DNA of 64,000 nucleotides from Escherichia coli (GTDB lineage Bacteria; Pseudomonadota; Gammaproteobacteria; Enterobacterales; Enterobacteriaceae): NCBI RefSeq assembly GCF_016903815.1, contig NZ_CP069973.1; one strand, 5' to 3'. Shown piece by piece: positions 1 to 10,232 of this stretch (position 1 is its first letter; each line of letters starts with the position of its first letter). The notes under the pieces were generated by a model. It saw only the letters and a program-made list of their open reading frames with translations, ran no database searches and was not told where the DNA came from. The position numbers and the translations under genes were made by a program.

Positions 1-434
1 CCATGATCCACCAACGCAAATTTATGCCGAATGATTTTGCGCGCTATCACCCGGGCGGTTCATTAGGTCGTCGCCTGCTGACCCGCGTTGCTGATGTCAT
101 GCAGCATGATGTTCCTGCGGTACAGCTGGATGCGTCATTTAAAACCGTGATTCAACGTATCACCAGCGGATGCCAGGGAATGGTGATGGTAGAAGACGCA
201 GAAGGTGGGCTAGCGGGCATTATCACCGACGGTGACCTGCGTCGCTTTATGGAAAAAGAGGATTCTCTGACATCCGCCACGGCTGCGCAGATGATGACAC
301 GTGAACCGCTGACGCTACCGGAAGACACCATGATCATTGAAGCGGAAGAAAAAATGCAAAAGCACCGCGTCTCAACGTTATTGGTGACCAACAAGGCAAA
401 TAAAGTCACTGGCCTTGTGCGCATTTTCGACTAA
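1..434 (+). CDS. kpsF: Arabinose-5-phosphate isomerase KpsF, 3' portion (5' end lies outside the window)
   Basis: ORF open to the window edge; C-terminal CBS-domain-like sequence typical of KpsF/GutQ; directly upstream of kpsE in the conserved region 1 order. Confidence 0.8.
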   Translation, partial: MIHQRKFMPNDFARYHPGGSLGRRLLTRVADVMQHDVPAVQLDASFKTVIQRITSGCQGMVMVEDAEGGLAGIITDGDLRRFMEKEDSLTSATAAQMMTREPLTLPEDTMIIEAEEKMQKHRVSTLLVTNKANKVTGLVRIFD

Positions 435-505
435 TTAAGCAACGGGGTGCGAGAGGTTAGTCTCTCATTGAGTTTGCGCCCCACTGAAACTTTGATAATC
501 GTTAC

Positions 506-1654
506 ATGTTGATAAAAGTGAAGTCTGCCGTATCCTGGATGCGTGCTCGTCTGTCTGCCATCTCACTGGCAGATATCCAAAAACACCTGGCGAAAATCAT
601 CATTCTGGCACCGATGGCGGTGCTGCTGATCTATCTGGCTATCTTCAGCCAGCCTCGCTATATGAGCGAGTCGAAAGTCGCCATTAAACGCTCGGATGAT
701 TTAAACAGCGGCAGCCTGAATTTTGGTCTGCTTCTGGGTGCCTCTAACCCCAGTTCCGCAGAAGATGCGTTGTATCTGAAAGAGTACATCAACTCGCCGG
801 ATATGCTGGCGGCGCTGGATAAGCAACTAAATTTTCGTGAAGCGTTTAGCCACAGCGGGCTCGATTTTCTTAATCATCTTAGCAAGGATGAAACCGCAGA
901 AGGCTTCCTGAAGTACTACAAGGACCGTATCAACGTCTCGTATGACGATAAAACCGGATTACTGAATATTCAGACGCAGGGCTTTAGCCCGGAATTTGCG
1001 CTTAAGTTTAACCAGACCGTGCTGAAAGAGTCAGAGCGCTTTATCAATGAGATGTCACATCGCATCGCGCGTGACCAGCTTGCCTTTGCAGAAACGGAGA
1101 TGGAAAAGGCACGCCAGCGTCTGGACGCCAGCAAAGCGGAATTGCTCTCTTATCAAGACAACAACAACGTTCTGGATCCACAGGCACAGGCACAGGCGGC
1201 GAGCACGTTAGTGAATACGCTGATGGGCCAGAAGATCCAGATGGAAGCGGATCTGCGTAACTTGCTGACGTATCTGCGTGAGGACGCCCCGCAAGTAGTG
1301 AGTGCGCGTAATGCGATTCAGTCATTGCAGGCACAAATCGATGAAGAACAAAGCAAAATCACAGCGCCGCAGGGTGACAAGCTAAACCGTATGGCGGTGG
1401 ATTTTGAAGAAATCAAATCAAAAGTAGAGTTCAACACCGAGCTGTACAAACTGACCCTGACCTCCATTGAAAAGACCCGTGTAGAAGCGGCTCGTAAGCT
1501 CAAGGTGCTGTCAGTGATCAGTTCGCCACAGTTGCCGCAGGAATCGTCTTTTCCAAATATCCCTTATTTGATCGCCTGCTGGTTACTGGTGTGCTGCCTG
1601 CTGTTCGGCACCCTGAAACTGTTGCTGGCTGTTATTGAAGATCACCGAGACTAA
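506..1654 (+). CDS. kpsE: Capsule export inner-membrane protein KpsE (polysaccharide co-polymerase-like)
   Basis: 382 aa ORF with N-terminal TM segment, long coiled-coil-like periplasmic region and C-terminal hydrophobic tail; position between kpsF and kpsD. Confidence 0.9.
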   Translation: MLIKVKSAVSWMRARLSAISLADIQKHLAKIIILAPMAVLLIYLAIFSQPRYMSESKVAIKRSDDLNSGSLNFGLLLGASNPSSAEDALYLKEYINSPDMLAALDKQLNFREAFSHSGLDFLNHLSKDETAEGFLKYYKDRINVSYDDKTGLLNIQTQGFSPEFALKFNQTVLKESERFINEMSHRIARDQLAFAETEMEKARQRLDASKAELLSYQDNNNVLDPQAQAQAASTLVNTLMGQKIQMEADLRNLLTYLREDAPQVVSARNAIQSLQAQIDEEQSKITAPQGDKLNRMAVDFEEIKSKVEFNTELYKLTLTSIEKTRVEAARKLKVLSVISSPQLPQESSFPNIPYLIACWLLVCCLLFGTLKLLLAVIEDHRD

Positions 1655-1674
1655 CGCTGTCGCTGAATGAGTTT

Positions 1675-3354
1675 GTGATGAAATTATTTAAATCAATTTT
1701 ACTGATTGCCGCCTGTCACGCGGCGCAGGCCAGCGCGGCCATTGATATTAACGCTGACCCAAACCTTACAGGAGCCGCGCCGCTTACCGGTATTCTGAAC
1801 GGGCAACAGTCGGATACGCAAAACATGAGCGGCTTCGACAATACCCCGCCGCCCGCACCGCCGGTGGTAATGAGCCGTATGTTTGGTGCTCAACTTTTCA
1901 ACGGCACCAGCGCGGATAGCGGTGCGACGGTAGGATTCAACCCTGACTATATTCTGAATCCGGGTGATAGCATTCAGGTTCGCTTGTGGGGTGCGTTCAC
2001 CTTTGATGGTGCGTTACAGGTTGATCCCAAAGGTAATATTTTCCTGCCGAACGTTGGTCCGGTGAAAGTTGCTGGCGTCAGTAATAGTCAGCTAAATGCC
2101 CTGGTCACATCCAAAGTGAAGGAAGTATACCAGTCCAACGTCAACGTCTACGCCTCCTTATTACAGGCGCAGCCAGTAAAAGTGTACGTGACCGGATTTG
2201 TGCGTAATCCTGGTCTGTATGGCGGTGTGACGTCTGATTCGTTACTCAATTATCTGATCAAGGCTGGCGGCGTTGATCCAGAGCGCGGAAGTTACGTTGA
2301 TATTGTGGTCAAGCGCGGTAACCGCGTGCGCTCCAACGTCAACCTGTACGACTTCCTGCTGAACGGCAAACTGGGGCTTTCGCAGTTCGCCGATGGTGAC
2401 ACCATCATCGTCGGGCCGCGTCAGCATACTTTCAGCGTTCAGGGCGATGTCTTTAACAGCTACGACTTTGAGTTCCGCGAAAGCAGCATTCCCGTAACGG
2501 AAGCTTTGAGCTGGGCGCGCCCTAAGCCTGGCGCGACTCACATTACGATTATGCGTAAACAGGGGCTACAAAAACGCAGCGAATACTATCCGATCAGTTC
2601 TGCGCCAGGCCGTATGTTGCAAAATGGCGATACCTTAATCGTGAGCACTGACCGCTATGCCGGCACCATTCAGGTGCGGGTTGAAGGCGCACACTCCGGT
2701 GAACATGCCATGGTACTGCCTTATGGTTCCACTATGCGTGCGGTTCTGGAAAAAGTCCGCCCGAACAGCATGTCGCAGATGAACGCGGTTCAGCTTTATC
2801 GCCCATCAGTGGCTCAGCGTCAGAAAGAGATGCTGAATCTCTCGCTGCAAAAGCTGGAGGAAGCCTCACTTTCTGCCCAGTCATCCACCAAAGAAGAAGC
2901 CAGCCTGCGAATGCAGGAAGCACAACTGATCAGCCGCTTTGTGGCGAAAGCACGCACCGTGGTTCCGAAAGGTGAAGTGATCCTCAACGAATCCAATATT
3001 GATTCTGTTCTGCTTGAAGATGGCGACGTCATCAATATTCCGGAGAAAACATCGCTGGTTATGGTTCATGGCGAAGTGCTGTTCCCGAACGCGGTGAGCT
3101 GGCAGAAGGGTATGACCACCGAGGATTACATCGAGAAATGTGGTGGCCTGACGCAAAAATCGGGTAACGCCAGAATTATCGTCATTCGTCAGAACGGTGC
3201 TGCCGTCAACGCGGAAGACGTGGATTCACTCAAGCCGGGCGATGAGATTATGGTTCTACCGAAATATGAATCGAAAAATATTGAAGTTACCCGTGGTATT
3301 TCCACCATCCTCTATCAGCTGGCGGTGGGTGCAAAAGTGATTCTGTCTTTGTAA
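1675..3354 (+). CDS. kpsD: Capsule export outer-membrane/periplasmic protein KpsD (OPX family)
   Basis: 559 aa ORF with N-terminal signal peptide (MMKLFKSILLIAACHAAQASA); conserved region 1 position. Confidence 0.9.
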   Translation: MMKLFKSILLIAACHAAQASAAIDINADPNLTGAAPLTGILNGQQSDTQNMSGFDNTPPPAPPVVMSRMFGAQLFNGTSADSGATVGFNPDYILNPGDSIQVRLWGAFTFDGALQVDPKGNIFLPNVGPVKVAGVSNSQLNALVTSKVKEVYQSNVNVYASLLQAQPVKVYVTGFVRNPGLYGGVTSDSLLNYLIKAGGVDPERGSYVDIVVKRGNRVRSNVNLYDFLLNGKLGLSQFADGDTIIVGPRQHTFSVQGDVFNSYDFEFRESSIPVTEALSWARPKPGATHITIMRKQGLQKRSEYYPISSAPGRMLQNGDTLIVSTDRYAGTIQVRVEGAHSGEHAMVLPYGSTMRAVLEKVRPNSMSQMNAVQLYRPSVAQRQKEMLNLSLQKLEEASLSAQSSTKEEASLRMQEAQLISRFVAKARTVVPKGEVILNESNIDSVLLEDGDVINIPEKTSLVMVHGEVLFPNAVSWQKGMTTEDYIEKCGGLTQKSGNARIIVIRQNGAAVNAEDVDSLKPGDEIMVLPKYESKNIEVTRGISTILYQLAVGAKVILSL

Positions 3355-3363
3355 GGAGTTGAA

Positions 3364-4104
3364 ATGAGCAAAGCTGTTATTGTCATCCCGGCTCGTTATG
3401 GCTCATCGCGTCTGCCGGGTAAGCCGCTACTCGATATTGTCGGCAAACCGATGATCCAGCATGTTTACGAGCGTGCGTTACAGGTGGCGGGCGTCGCAGA
3501 AGTTTGGGTGGCAACAGACGATCAGCGTGTTGAAAAGGCCGTGCAGGCATTTGGCGGGAAAGCCATTATGACGCGCAACGATCATGAATCCGGCACCGAT
3601 CGGCTGGTCGAGGTGATGCATAAAGTCGAGGCAGATATCTACATTAACCTGCAGGGCGACGAACCAATGATTCGCCCGCGGGATGTAGAAACGCTGCTAC
3701 AAGGAATGCGTGATGATCCTGCGTTGCCAGTGGCAACGCTATGCCACGCGATTTCTGCCGAAGAAGCGGCTGAGCCAAGCACGGTAAAAGTGGTGGTAAA
3801 TACCCGCCAGGATGCGCTTTATTTCAGCCGTTCGCCTATTCCGTATCCGCGTAATGCTGAAAAAGCGCGCTACCTGAAACACGTTGGTATTTACGCTTAT
3901 CGTCGCGATGTGCTGCAAAACTACAGCCAGTTACCGGAGTCCATGCCGGAGCAGGCGGAATCACTGGAGCAGCTGCGGTTGATGAGCGCGGGGATCAACA
4001 TCCGCACATTTGAGGTTGCCGCAACCGGTCCGGGCGTCGACACCCCAGCATGCCTGGAAAAAGTGCGCGCCCTGATGGCACAGGAACTGGCTGAAAACGC
4101 ATGA
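3364..4104 (+). CDS. kpsU: CMP-Kdo synthetase, capsule-specific (KpsU)
   Basis: 246 aa ORF, KdsB-like sequence ([22 protein letters not shown]...); 4-bp overlap with kpsC. Confidence 0.9.
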   Translation: MSKAVIVIPARYGSSRLPGKPLLDIVGKPMIQHVYERALQVAGVAEVWVATDDQRVEKAVQAFGGKAIMTRNDHESGTDRLVEVMHKVEADIYINLQGDEPMIRPRDVETLLQGMRDDPALPVATLCHAISAEEAAEPSTVKVVVNTRQDALYFSRSPIPYPRNAEKARYLKHVGIYAYRRDVLQNYSQLPESMPEQAESLEQLRLMSAGINIRTFEVAATGPGVDTPACLEKVRALMAQELAENA

Positions 4105-6128
4105 TTGGCATTTACTCGCCTGGCATCTGGCGTATTCCGCATCTGGAGAAATTTCTGGCGCAACCGTGCCAGAAACTTTCTCTGCTGCGCCCTGTTCCGC
4201 AAGAAGTTGATGCTATCGCCGTGTGGGGACATCGTCCCAGCGCGGCGAAACCAGTCGCCATCGCCAAAGCAGCGGGAAAACCCGTCATTCGTCTGGAAGA
4301 TGGATTTGTGCGTTCGCTGGATCTTGGCGTCAATGGCGAGCCGCCGCTTTCTCTGGTGGTGGATGATTGTGGCATTTACTACGATGCCAGCAAGCCTTCA
4401 GCACTGGAGAAACTGGTACAGGATAAAGCCGGAAATACAGCTCTGATAAGCCAGGCCAGAGAAGCGATGCACACCATCGTGACCGGGGATTTGTCGAAAT
4501 ATAACCTGGCACCTGCGTTTGTGGCTGATGAGTCAGAACGTTCAGACATCGTTCTGGTTGTCGATCAGACATTTAATGATATGTCAGTGACGTATGGCAA
4601 TGCTGGCCCGCATGAGTTTGCTGCCATGCTGGAAGCCGCGATGGCGGAAAATCCTCAAGCCGAAATTTGGGTGAAGGTGCATCCGGATGTCCTGGAAGGA
4701 AAGAAAACAGGTTATTTCGCTGATCTGTGCGCCACGCAACGAGTACGTTTGATTGCCGAGAATGTCAGCCCGCAGTCGCTGTTGCGACACGTTTCCCGGG
4801 TTTACGTCGTGACCTCCCAATATGGCTTTGAAGCCTTGCTGGCAGGAAAACCAGTAACATGCTTCGGCCAGCCCTGGTATGCAGGTTGGGGCTTAACCGA
4901 CGATCGTCATCCACAGTCCGCTTTGTTATCTGCCCGACGCGGTTCTGCCACGCTGGAGGAACTTTTTGCCGCTGCATACCTGCGTTACTGTCGCTATATC
5001 GATCTGCAAACGGGAGAAGTAAGCGATCTATTTACCGTGCTGCAATGGCTGCAATTACAACGTCGACATCTGCAACAGCGTAATGGTTATTTATGGGCGC
5101 CAGGCTTAACGCTGTGGAAGTCAGCGATCCTGAAACCTTTCTTGCAAACGGCAACAAACCGGCTGAGTTTTTCACGTCGTTGTACTGCGGCGAGCGCCTG
5201 CGTGGTATGGGGTGTAAAGGGAGAACAGCAATGGCGAGCCGAAGCGCAACGAAAATCACTGCCGTTATGGCGAATGGAAGATGGTTTTCTGCGTTCATCC
5301 GGACTTGGCTCTGACCTTTTGCCGCCGCTATCGTTGGTCCTGGATAAACGCGGGATCTACTATGACGCCACGCGCCCCAGCGACCTGGAAGTGCTGCTTA
5401 ATCACAGCCAGTTAACACTGGCGCAGCAGATGCGAGCTGAGAAGTTGCGGCAACGGGTGGTTGAAAGCAAACTGAGCAAATACAACCTGGGGGCCGATTT
5501 CTCTCTGCCTGCCGAAGCCCAAGATAAAAAAATCATCCTGGTGCCGGGTCAGGTAGAAGACGATGCCTCTATTAAAACAGGCACTGTCTCGATTAAGAGC
5601 AACCTTGAGTTATTACGCACAGTACGCGAGCGTAATCCGCACGCCTACATTGTTTATAAACCGCACCCGGATGTACTGGTGGGGAATCGCAAGGGCGATA
5701 TTCCGGCAGAACAGATTGCTGAACTTGCTGATTATCAGGCACTGGACGCCGATATTATTCAATGCATTCAGCGCGCAGATGAAGTGCATACCATGACGTC
5801 GCTGTCGGGGTTTGAAGCGTTATTACATGGCAAGCACGTACATTGTTACGGCCTGCCCTTCTATGCCGGTTGGGGTTTAACCGCTGATGAACATCGCTGC
5901 CCGCGTCGCGAGCGAAAATTAACGTTAGCGGATTTGATCTATCAGGCGCTGATTGTTTATCCAACCTATATCCACCCAACACGGCTACAACCTATTACGG
6001 TAGAAGAAGCTGCGGAATATTTAATCAAGACGCCGCGCAAGCCGATGTTTATTACCCGAAAAAAAGCGGGGCGAGTCATACGCTATTACCGCAAATTAAT
6101 TATGTTCTGCAAGGTCAGATTTGGCTAA
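4101..6128 (+). CDS. kpsC: Capsule beta-Kdo transferase KpsC (tandem-duplicated domain)
   Basis: 675 aa ORF with two internally similar halves (both contain the ...KVHPDVL.../...YKPHPDVL... and FYAGWGLT motifs), typical of KpsC. Confidence 0.9.
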   Translation: MIGIYSPGIWRIPHLEKFLAQPCQKLSLLRPVPQEVDAIAVWGHRPSAAKPVAIAKAAGKPVIRLEDGFVRSLDLGVNGEPPLSLVVDDCGIYYDASKPSALEKLVQDKAGNTALISQAREAMHTIVTGDLSKYNLAPAFVADESERSDIVLVVDQTFNDMSVTYGNAGPHEFAAMLEAAMAENPQAEIWVKVHPDVLEGKKTGYFADLCATQRVRLIAENVSPQSLLRHVSRVYVVTSQYGFEALLAGKPVTCFGQPWYAGWGLTDDRHPQSALLSARRGSATLEELFAAAYLRYCRYIDLQTGEVSDLFTVLQWLQLQRRHLQQRNGYLWAPGLTLWKSAILKPFLQTATNRLSFSRRCTAASACVVWGVKGEQQWRAEAQRKSLPLWRMEDGFLRSSGLGSDLLPPLSLVLDKRGIYYDATRPSDLEVLLNHSQLTLAQQMRAEKLRQRVVESKLSKYNLGADFSLPAEAQDKKIILVPGQVEDDASIKTGTVSIKSNLELLRTVRERNPHAYIVYKPHPDVLVGNRKGDIPAEQIAELADYQALDADIIQCIQRADEVHTMTSLSGFEALLHGKHVHCYGLPFYAGWGLTADEHRCPRRERKLTLADLIYQALIVYPTYIHPTRLQPITVEEAAEYLIKTPRKPMFITRKKAGRVIRYYRKLIMFCKVRFG

Positions 6129-6162
6129 ACAATTTCATGGTTGACTATTACGCAAATTATTT

Positions 6163-7395
6163 ATGCAAGACAACGCACTAACCATTTTATTATCGGGTAA
6201 AAAATATCTGCTATTGCAGGGACCGATGGGACCTTTTTTCAATGACGTCGCCGAATGGTTAGAGTCATTAGGCCGTAACGCTGTGAATGTTGTCTTCAAC
6301 GGCGGGGATCGTTTTTACTGCCGCCATCGACAATACCTGGCTTACTACCAAACGCCGAAAGAGTTTCCCGGTTGGCTGCGAGATCTCCAACGACAATATG
6401 ACTTTGATACCATCCTCTGTTTTGGTGACTGCCGCCCATTGCACAAAGAAGCAAAACGCTGGGCAAAGTCGAAAGGGATCCGCTTTCTGGCATTTGAAGA
6501 AGGATATTTACGCCCGCAATTTATAACCGTTGAAGAAGGCGGAGTGAACGCATATTCATCGCTACCGCGCGATCCGGATTTTTATCGTAAGTTGCCAGAT
6601 ATGCCTGCGCCGCACGTTGAGAACTTAAAACCTTCAACGATGAAACGTATAGGTCATGCGATGTGGTATTACCTGATGGGCTGGCATTACCGTCATGAGT
6701 TCCCTCGCTACCGCCACCACAAATCATTTTCCCCCTGGTATGAGGCTCGTTGCTGGGTTCGTGCATACTGGCGCAAACAACTTTACAAGGTAACACAGCG
6801 TAAGGTATTACCGAGGTTAATGAACGAGTTGGATCAACGTTATTATCTTGCCGTTTTGCAGGTATATAACGATAGCCAGATTCGTAACCACAGCAGTTAT
6901 AACGATGTACGTGACTATATTAATGAAGTCATGTACTCATTTTCGCGTAAAGCGCCGAAAGAAAGTTATTTGGTGATCAAACATCATCCGATGGATCGTG
7001 GTCACAGACTCTATCGACCATTAATTAAGCGGTTAAGTAAGGAATATGGCTTAGGTGAGCGAGTCATATACGTGCACGATCTCCCAATGCCGGAATTATT
7101 ACGCCACGCAAAAGCAGTAGTGACAATTAACAGTACGGCAGGGATCTCTGCGCTGATTCATAACAAACCACTCAAAGTGATGGGCAATGCCCTGTACGAC
7201 ATCAAGGGATTGACGTATCAAGGGCATTTGCACCAGTTCTGGCAGGCCGATTTTAAACCGGATATGAAACTGTTTAAGAAGTTTCGGGGGTATTTATTGG
7301 TGAAGACGCAGGTTAATGGGGTTTATTATGGGGAGATGGTTTTTAACAAGATAAAACTGGATGAATATTTTCAGAGCGTGTCGTGTCAAGTATGA
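6163..7395 (+). CDS. kpsS: Capsule beta-Kdo transferase KpsS
   Basis: 410 aa ORF, last gene of region 1, similar in motif content to the KpsC halves; followed by a sharp drop in G+C. Confidence 0.9.
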   Translation: MQDNALTILLSGKKYLLLQGPMGPFFNDVAEWLESLGRNAVNVVFNGGDRFYCRHRQYLAYYQTPKEFPGWLRDLQRQYDFDTILCFGDCRPLHKEAKRWAKSKGIRFLAFEEGYLRPQFITVEEGGVNAYSSLPRDPDFYRKLPDMPAPHVENLKPSTMKRIGHAMWYYLMGWHYRHEFPRYRHHKSFSPWYEARCWVRAYWRKQLYKVTQRKVLPRLMNELDQRYYLAVLQVYNDSQIRNHSSYNDVRDYINEVMYSFSRKAPKESYLVIKHHPMDRGHRLYRPLIKRLSKEYGLGERVIYVHDLPMPELLRHAKAVVTINSTAGISALIHNKPLKVMGNALYDIKGLTYQGHLHQFWQADFKPDMKLFKKFRGYLLVKTQVNGVYYGEMVFNKIKLDEYFQSVSCQV

Positions 7396-7656
7396 AATAT
7401 AATAATAAACAACACAAAACAATTATTAAAATGATGCCATTTTAATGTTACAAATATAAACAACACCCATCCACAAGCCAAGTTAAAAATCCAAGATATA
7501 ATTTTGTTATTATCTATAAATAATACAAGTATAATCTATACGCTAATCAATTATTTTTGTAGAAAATTTATTTTATTAGTATTTACACGAAAATATGACG
7601 AAGTTATTAGCATTACACATTTATAATCATCAAATATGAAAATATTGTTACTATCA

Positions 7657-8655
7657 TCACTCCTCAATAAGTTTATCTAAAGGAATATAATATAATTGAG
7701 CAAATCTTTTTTTATGATCCCCAAGAGCAAACATGATAACCAATGATTTTGATTTGCGATCAATAGCTAAACCTTCAGGTTCCCAATGTTTTTCTTTGCC
7801 ACTGTTAAGAGAATCTTTTTTCCCTACTGTTACATTATTAAACTTTCTTACAAGCTCTCCTTTTAACGTGTAAATATAGATTCTTTTGTTTTCTCTATTC
7901 CCTCCCCCACTCAACAAATATATATATTTATTATCAGCGGTAATGGCTTGCAATACATAATTATCATTGGTTAAACCTGCATCGATAAACCATTCTATAT
8001 TTTGTTCTGATGAAATATCACTCTCGATTCGAAAGTTAACTTCTTCACTATTATAGACTCTTAATAAGTCTCTACCATTCAACTTACTTCTTACTATTAA
8101 ATATTTAGCATCTAAGGTTAAAACAGGCATTGTACTAACACGAGTATTATATGGTCTATCGAATATTTTTATAATTTTCATCTCATAAGGAAAAGAAAAA
8201 TCATTGTATTTAAAATATGTAACAAACCATCCTTTGTTAGCAAAGGCATTTCCCGCAGACGTTATTACCCCCCCCTCAAAAGGATCAAACCCAATTCCTT
8301 GATGCCCAATAAATTCAGTGGGTTTTTGAAATGACAATGCTACAGCTTTTCTTTTTTTTGTTGTTAATGAGAATCTATTTATAACTCCTTTTTCGGGTTT
8401 CCCTGTGGTATGTAAAGTATAAATATCAGAACTAAATCTATCAATCACGACTCCTTGAACAATATTATTTTTACCCTCGCCATCCCTATATAATCTCACT
8501 TTTCTCGTAACAATATCATCATTTAAATGAGAAATAAAATTAGCCAAAGGTATATTTGTTGCAGATGATGAATTATGCAACAACATTAATATCAAAAAAA
8601 ATAAATTTATATACTTCAAACACATTGAAAATTTTTCATATGAACCGATTAGCAT
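7657..8655 (-). CDS. Capsule region 2 protein, predicted secreted/periplasmic, unknown function
   Basis: 332 aa ORF in AT-rich DNA; probable signal peptide starting at the internal Met (MCLKYINLFFLILMLLHNSSSA), so the true start may be about 8625; no family assigned from sequence alone. Confidence 0.55.
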   Translation of the reverse strand: MLIGSYEKFSMCLKYINLFFLILMLLHNSSSATNIPLANFISHLNDDIVTRKVRLYRDGEGKNNIVQGVVIDRFSSDIYTLHTTGKPEKGVINRFSLTTKKRKAVALSFQKPTEFIGHQGIGFDPFEGGVITSAGNAFANKGWFVTYFKYNDFSFPYEMKIIKIFDRPYNTRVSTMPVLTLDAKYLIVRSKLNGRDLLRVYNSEEVNFRIESDISSEQNIEWFIDAGLTNDNYVLQAITADNKYIYLLSGGGNRENKRIYIYTLKGELVRKFNNVTVGKKDSLNSGKEKHWEPEGLAIDRKSKSLVIMFALGDHKKRFAQLYYIPLDKLIEE

Positions 8656-9037
8656 AATATTAGATTATACCAAATAAACGCACTAACCAAACTTGAATTT
8701 AAAAACACAGTTCACAACTTAAGAAGCACTATTTTAAACACATTGATAAAACAATGAAAATCCCGCAAACACTCTAATTATTAAAATACATAAAAATAAA
8801 AATCGTTATAAAAAAAGTTATAATCCATCAAAAACAAAAAAATGCACATAAAATATTTCTGTTTAAGAAGATGTTATAAATACAATATTTAATTCATCAA
8901 ATGTTTTTCTATTGGCAATTTACTAAACTGTATTTACAGTATAAAAAATACTAAATACATTTCCACATCAGAGGTGATCACAAAACAACCACCTCTTGCA
9001 GTCATATTTTTTACATCTGCATGGTTTTTAATATTAA

Positions 9038-10204
9038 TTATGAAAAATAAGTTTCATACCTTTTTTTATATGTTTCACTTTCAGGGGATAGACTATATGC
9101 CATTTGGGCCATTTTTTTTGCATCTTCCAATAACCCTTTCCTTTCATATATTAGAGATAGATTATAATACGAGCCAGCAGATGAAGGCATTAAAGATATA
9201 TATTCATAGAAATGCTGTATTGCCTGATCATATTTTTTTGACATCCTTAATGACTTTGCCAAATTATATTTAGCTGTTGTAAAATGTGGCGAAATACCGG
9301 CAACAAAAGCAAACTGCTCTACAGCTAAAGTATAGTTCTTGAGCTCCATATTTACTAAAGCAGAAATAAATATAGCAGGTTCGAGTAAAGGTTCAGCCAA
9401 CAAAGCTTCCCTGATTAAAGATTGAGCAGTGGAAAAATCTTTGTTGACAAATGCCTGGTAAGACAGGAATATATTTTTTGATAAGATTTTATTATGGCAA
9501 AGATTATTAATCTCTTTAATTTCGGGAAGTGTGTTATTTTCCACAAAAAAGGTTATTATATTAGGCATTCCATATCTTTTATCTATAAACCGCCCCACAC
9601 CATGTGTTACTCCTCGAACGGAATACGCTTTAACATTTTTAAGATCTGAAATCCTACTCAATGAAAGTAAATCAGGAAAATCCATTTCCCCACTTAATGC
9701 TGTGATTCTACATTTAGAGTTTTTTATAATTGGGCGTAGATTCTTATATATAATTTTTGTCTTTTTAGGAATTCTTTTAGCACTACGGCTCAAGGGATAT
9801 TTTAGTACCGTGTCAAAGCTAAAGGCTAACACACGACAATCCAGAAGAGCGCCAAATAATGAAGCTGCATATCCTCCCATACTGACGCCTATTGTTATAA
9901 TCTCGTCACAACCTAGTTGTTCAGAAATATATTTTATTTTTTCTATTGTTTCTGATATTGAAGAACTAAACCCTGGAATACTATCTTGGTACCATTCATT
10001 TTTACCATTGTTAATTAACAAAATATTATATGGCAGTTCATCTGCTGATTTCCAAAAATCAAAGCGGCCATCTTTTTTATCTGTACCAGAAAAAAAGACG
10101 AGCAATTTATTAGACGTTTTTTTAATCAGTCTATGAGAAACCCCATGCTCATTTATATTTAATTGTAAATTCATATTTTTATTATCTAAAGTCATGATAT
10201 ACAT
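9038..10204 (-). CDS. Capsule region 2 protein: alpha/beta-hydrolase-like N-terminal domain fused to C-terminal TPR-like repeats
   Basis: 388 aa ORF; GxSxG nucleophile-elbow motif (GVSMGGYAA); C-terminal helical repeats (YNLAKSL..., YYNLSLIYERKGLLEDAKKMAQMAY); AT-rich codon usage matching neighbours. Confidence 0.6.
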   Translation of the reverse strand: MYIMTLDNKNMNLQLNINEHGVSHRLIKKTSNKLLVFFSGTDKKDGRFDFWKSADELPYNILLINNGKNEWYQDSIPGFSSSISETIEKIKYISEQLGCDEIITIGVSMGGYAASLFGALLDCRVLAFSFDTVLKYPLSRSAKRIPKKTKIIYKNLRPIIKNSKCRITALSGEMDFPDLLSLSRISDLKNVKAYSVRGVTHGVGRFIDKRYGMPNIITFFVENNTLPEIKEINNLCHNKILSKNIFLSYQAFVNKDFSTAQSLIREALLAEPLLEPAIFISALVNMELKNYTLAVEQFAFVAGISPHFTTAKYNLAKSLRMSKKYDQAIQHFYEYISLMPSSAGSYYNLSLIYERKGLLEDAKKMAQMAYSLSPESETYKKRYETYFS

Positions 10205-10232
10205 CCATTTTTTTAAAAATTGATAAGTAACT

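Noticed and set aside
4105-4446. 113 aa + strand ORF in an alternative frame of kpsC
   Set aside because: Out-of-frame overlap with kpsC; Arg/Trp-rich, unlikely coding.
8974-9273. 99 aa + strand ORF at the 3' end of the hydrolase-TPR gene
   Set aside because: Overlaps the minus-strand gene; no start context or motif.
9531-10136. 201 aa + strand ORF inside the region 2 hydrolase-TPR gene
   Set aside because: Overlaps the better-supported minus-strand gene; AT-rich DNA readily yields long random ORFs.
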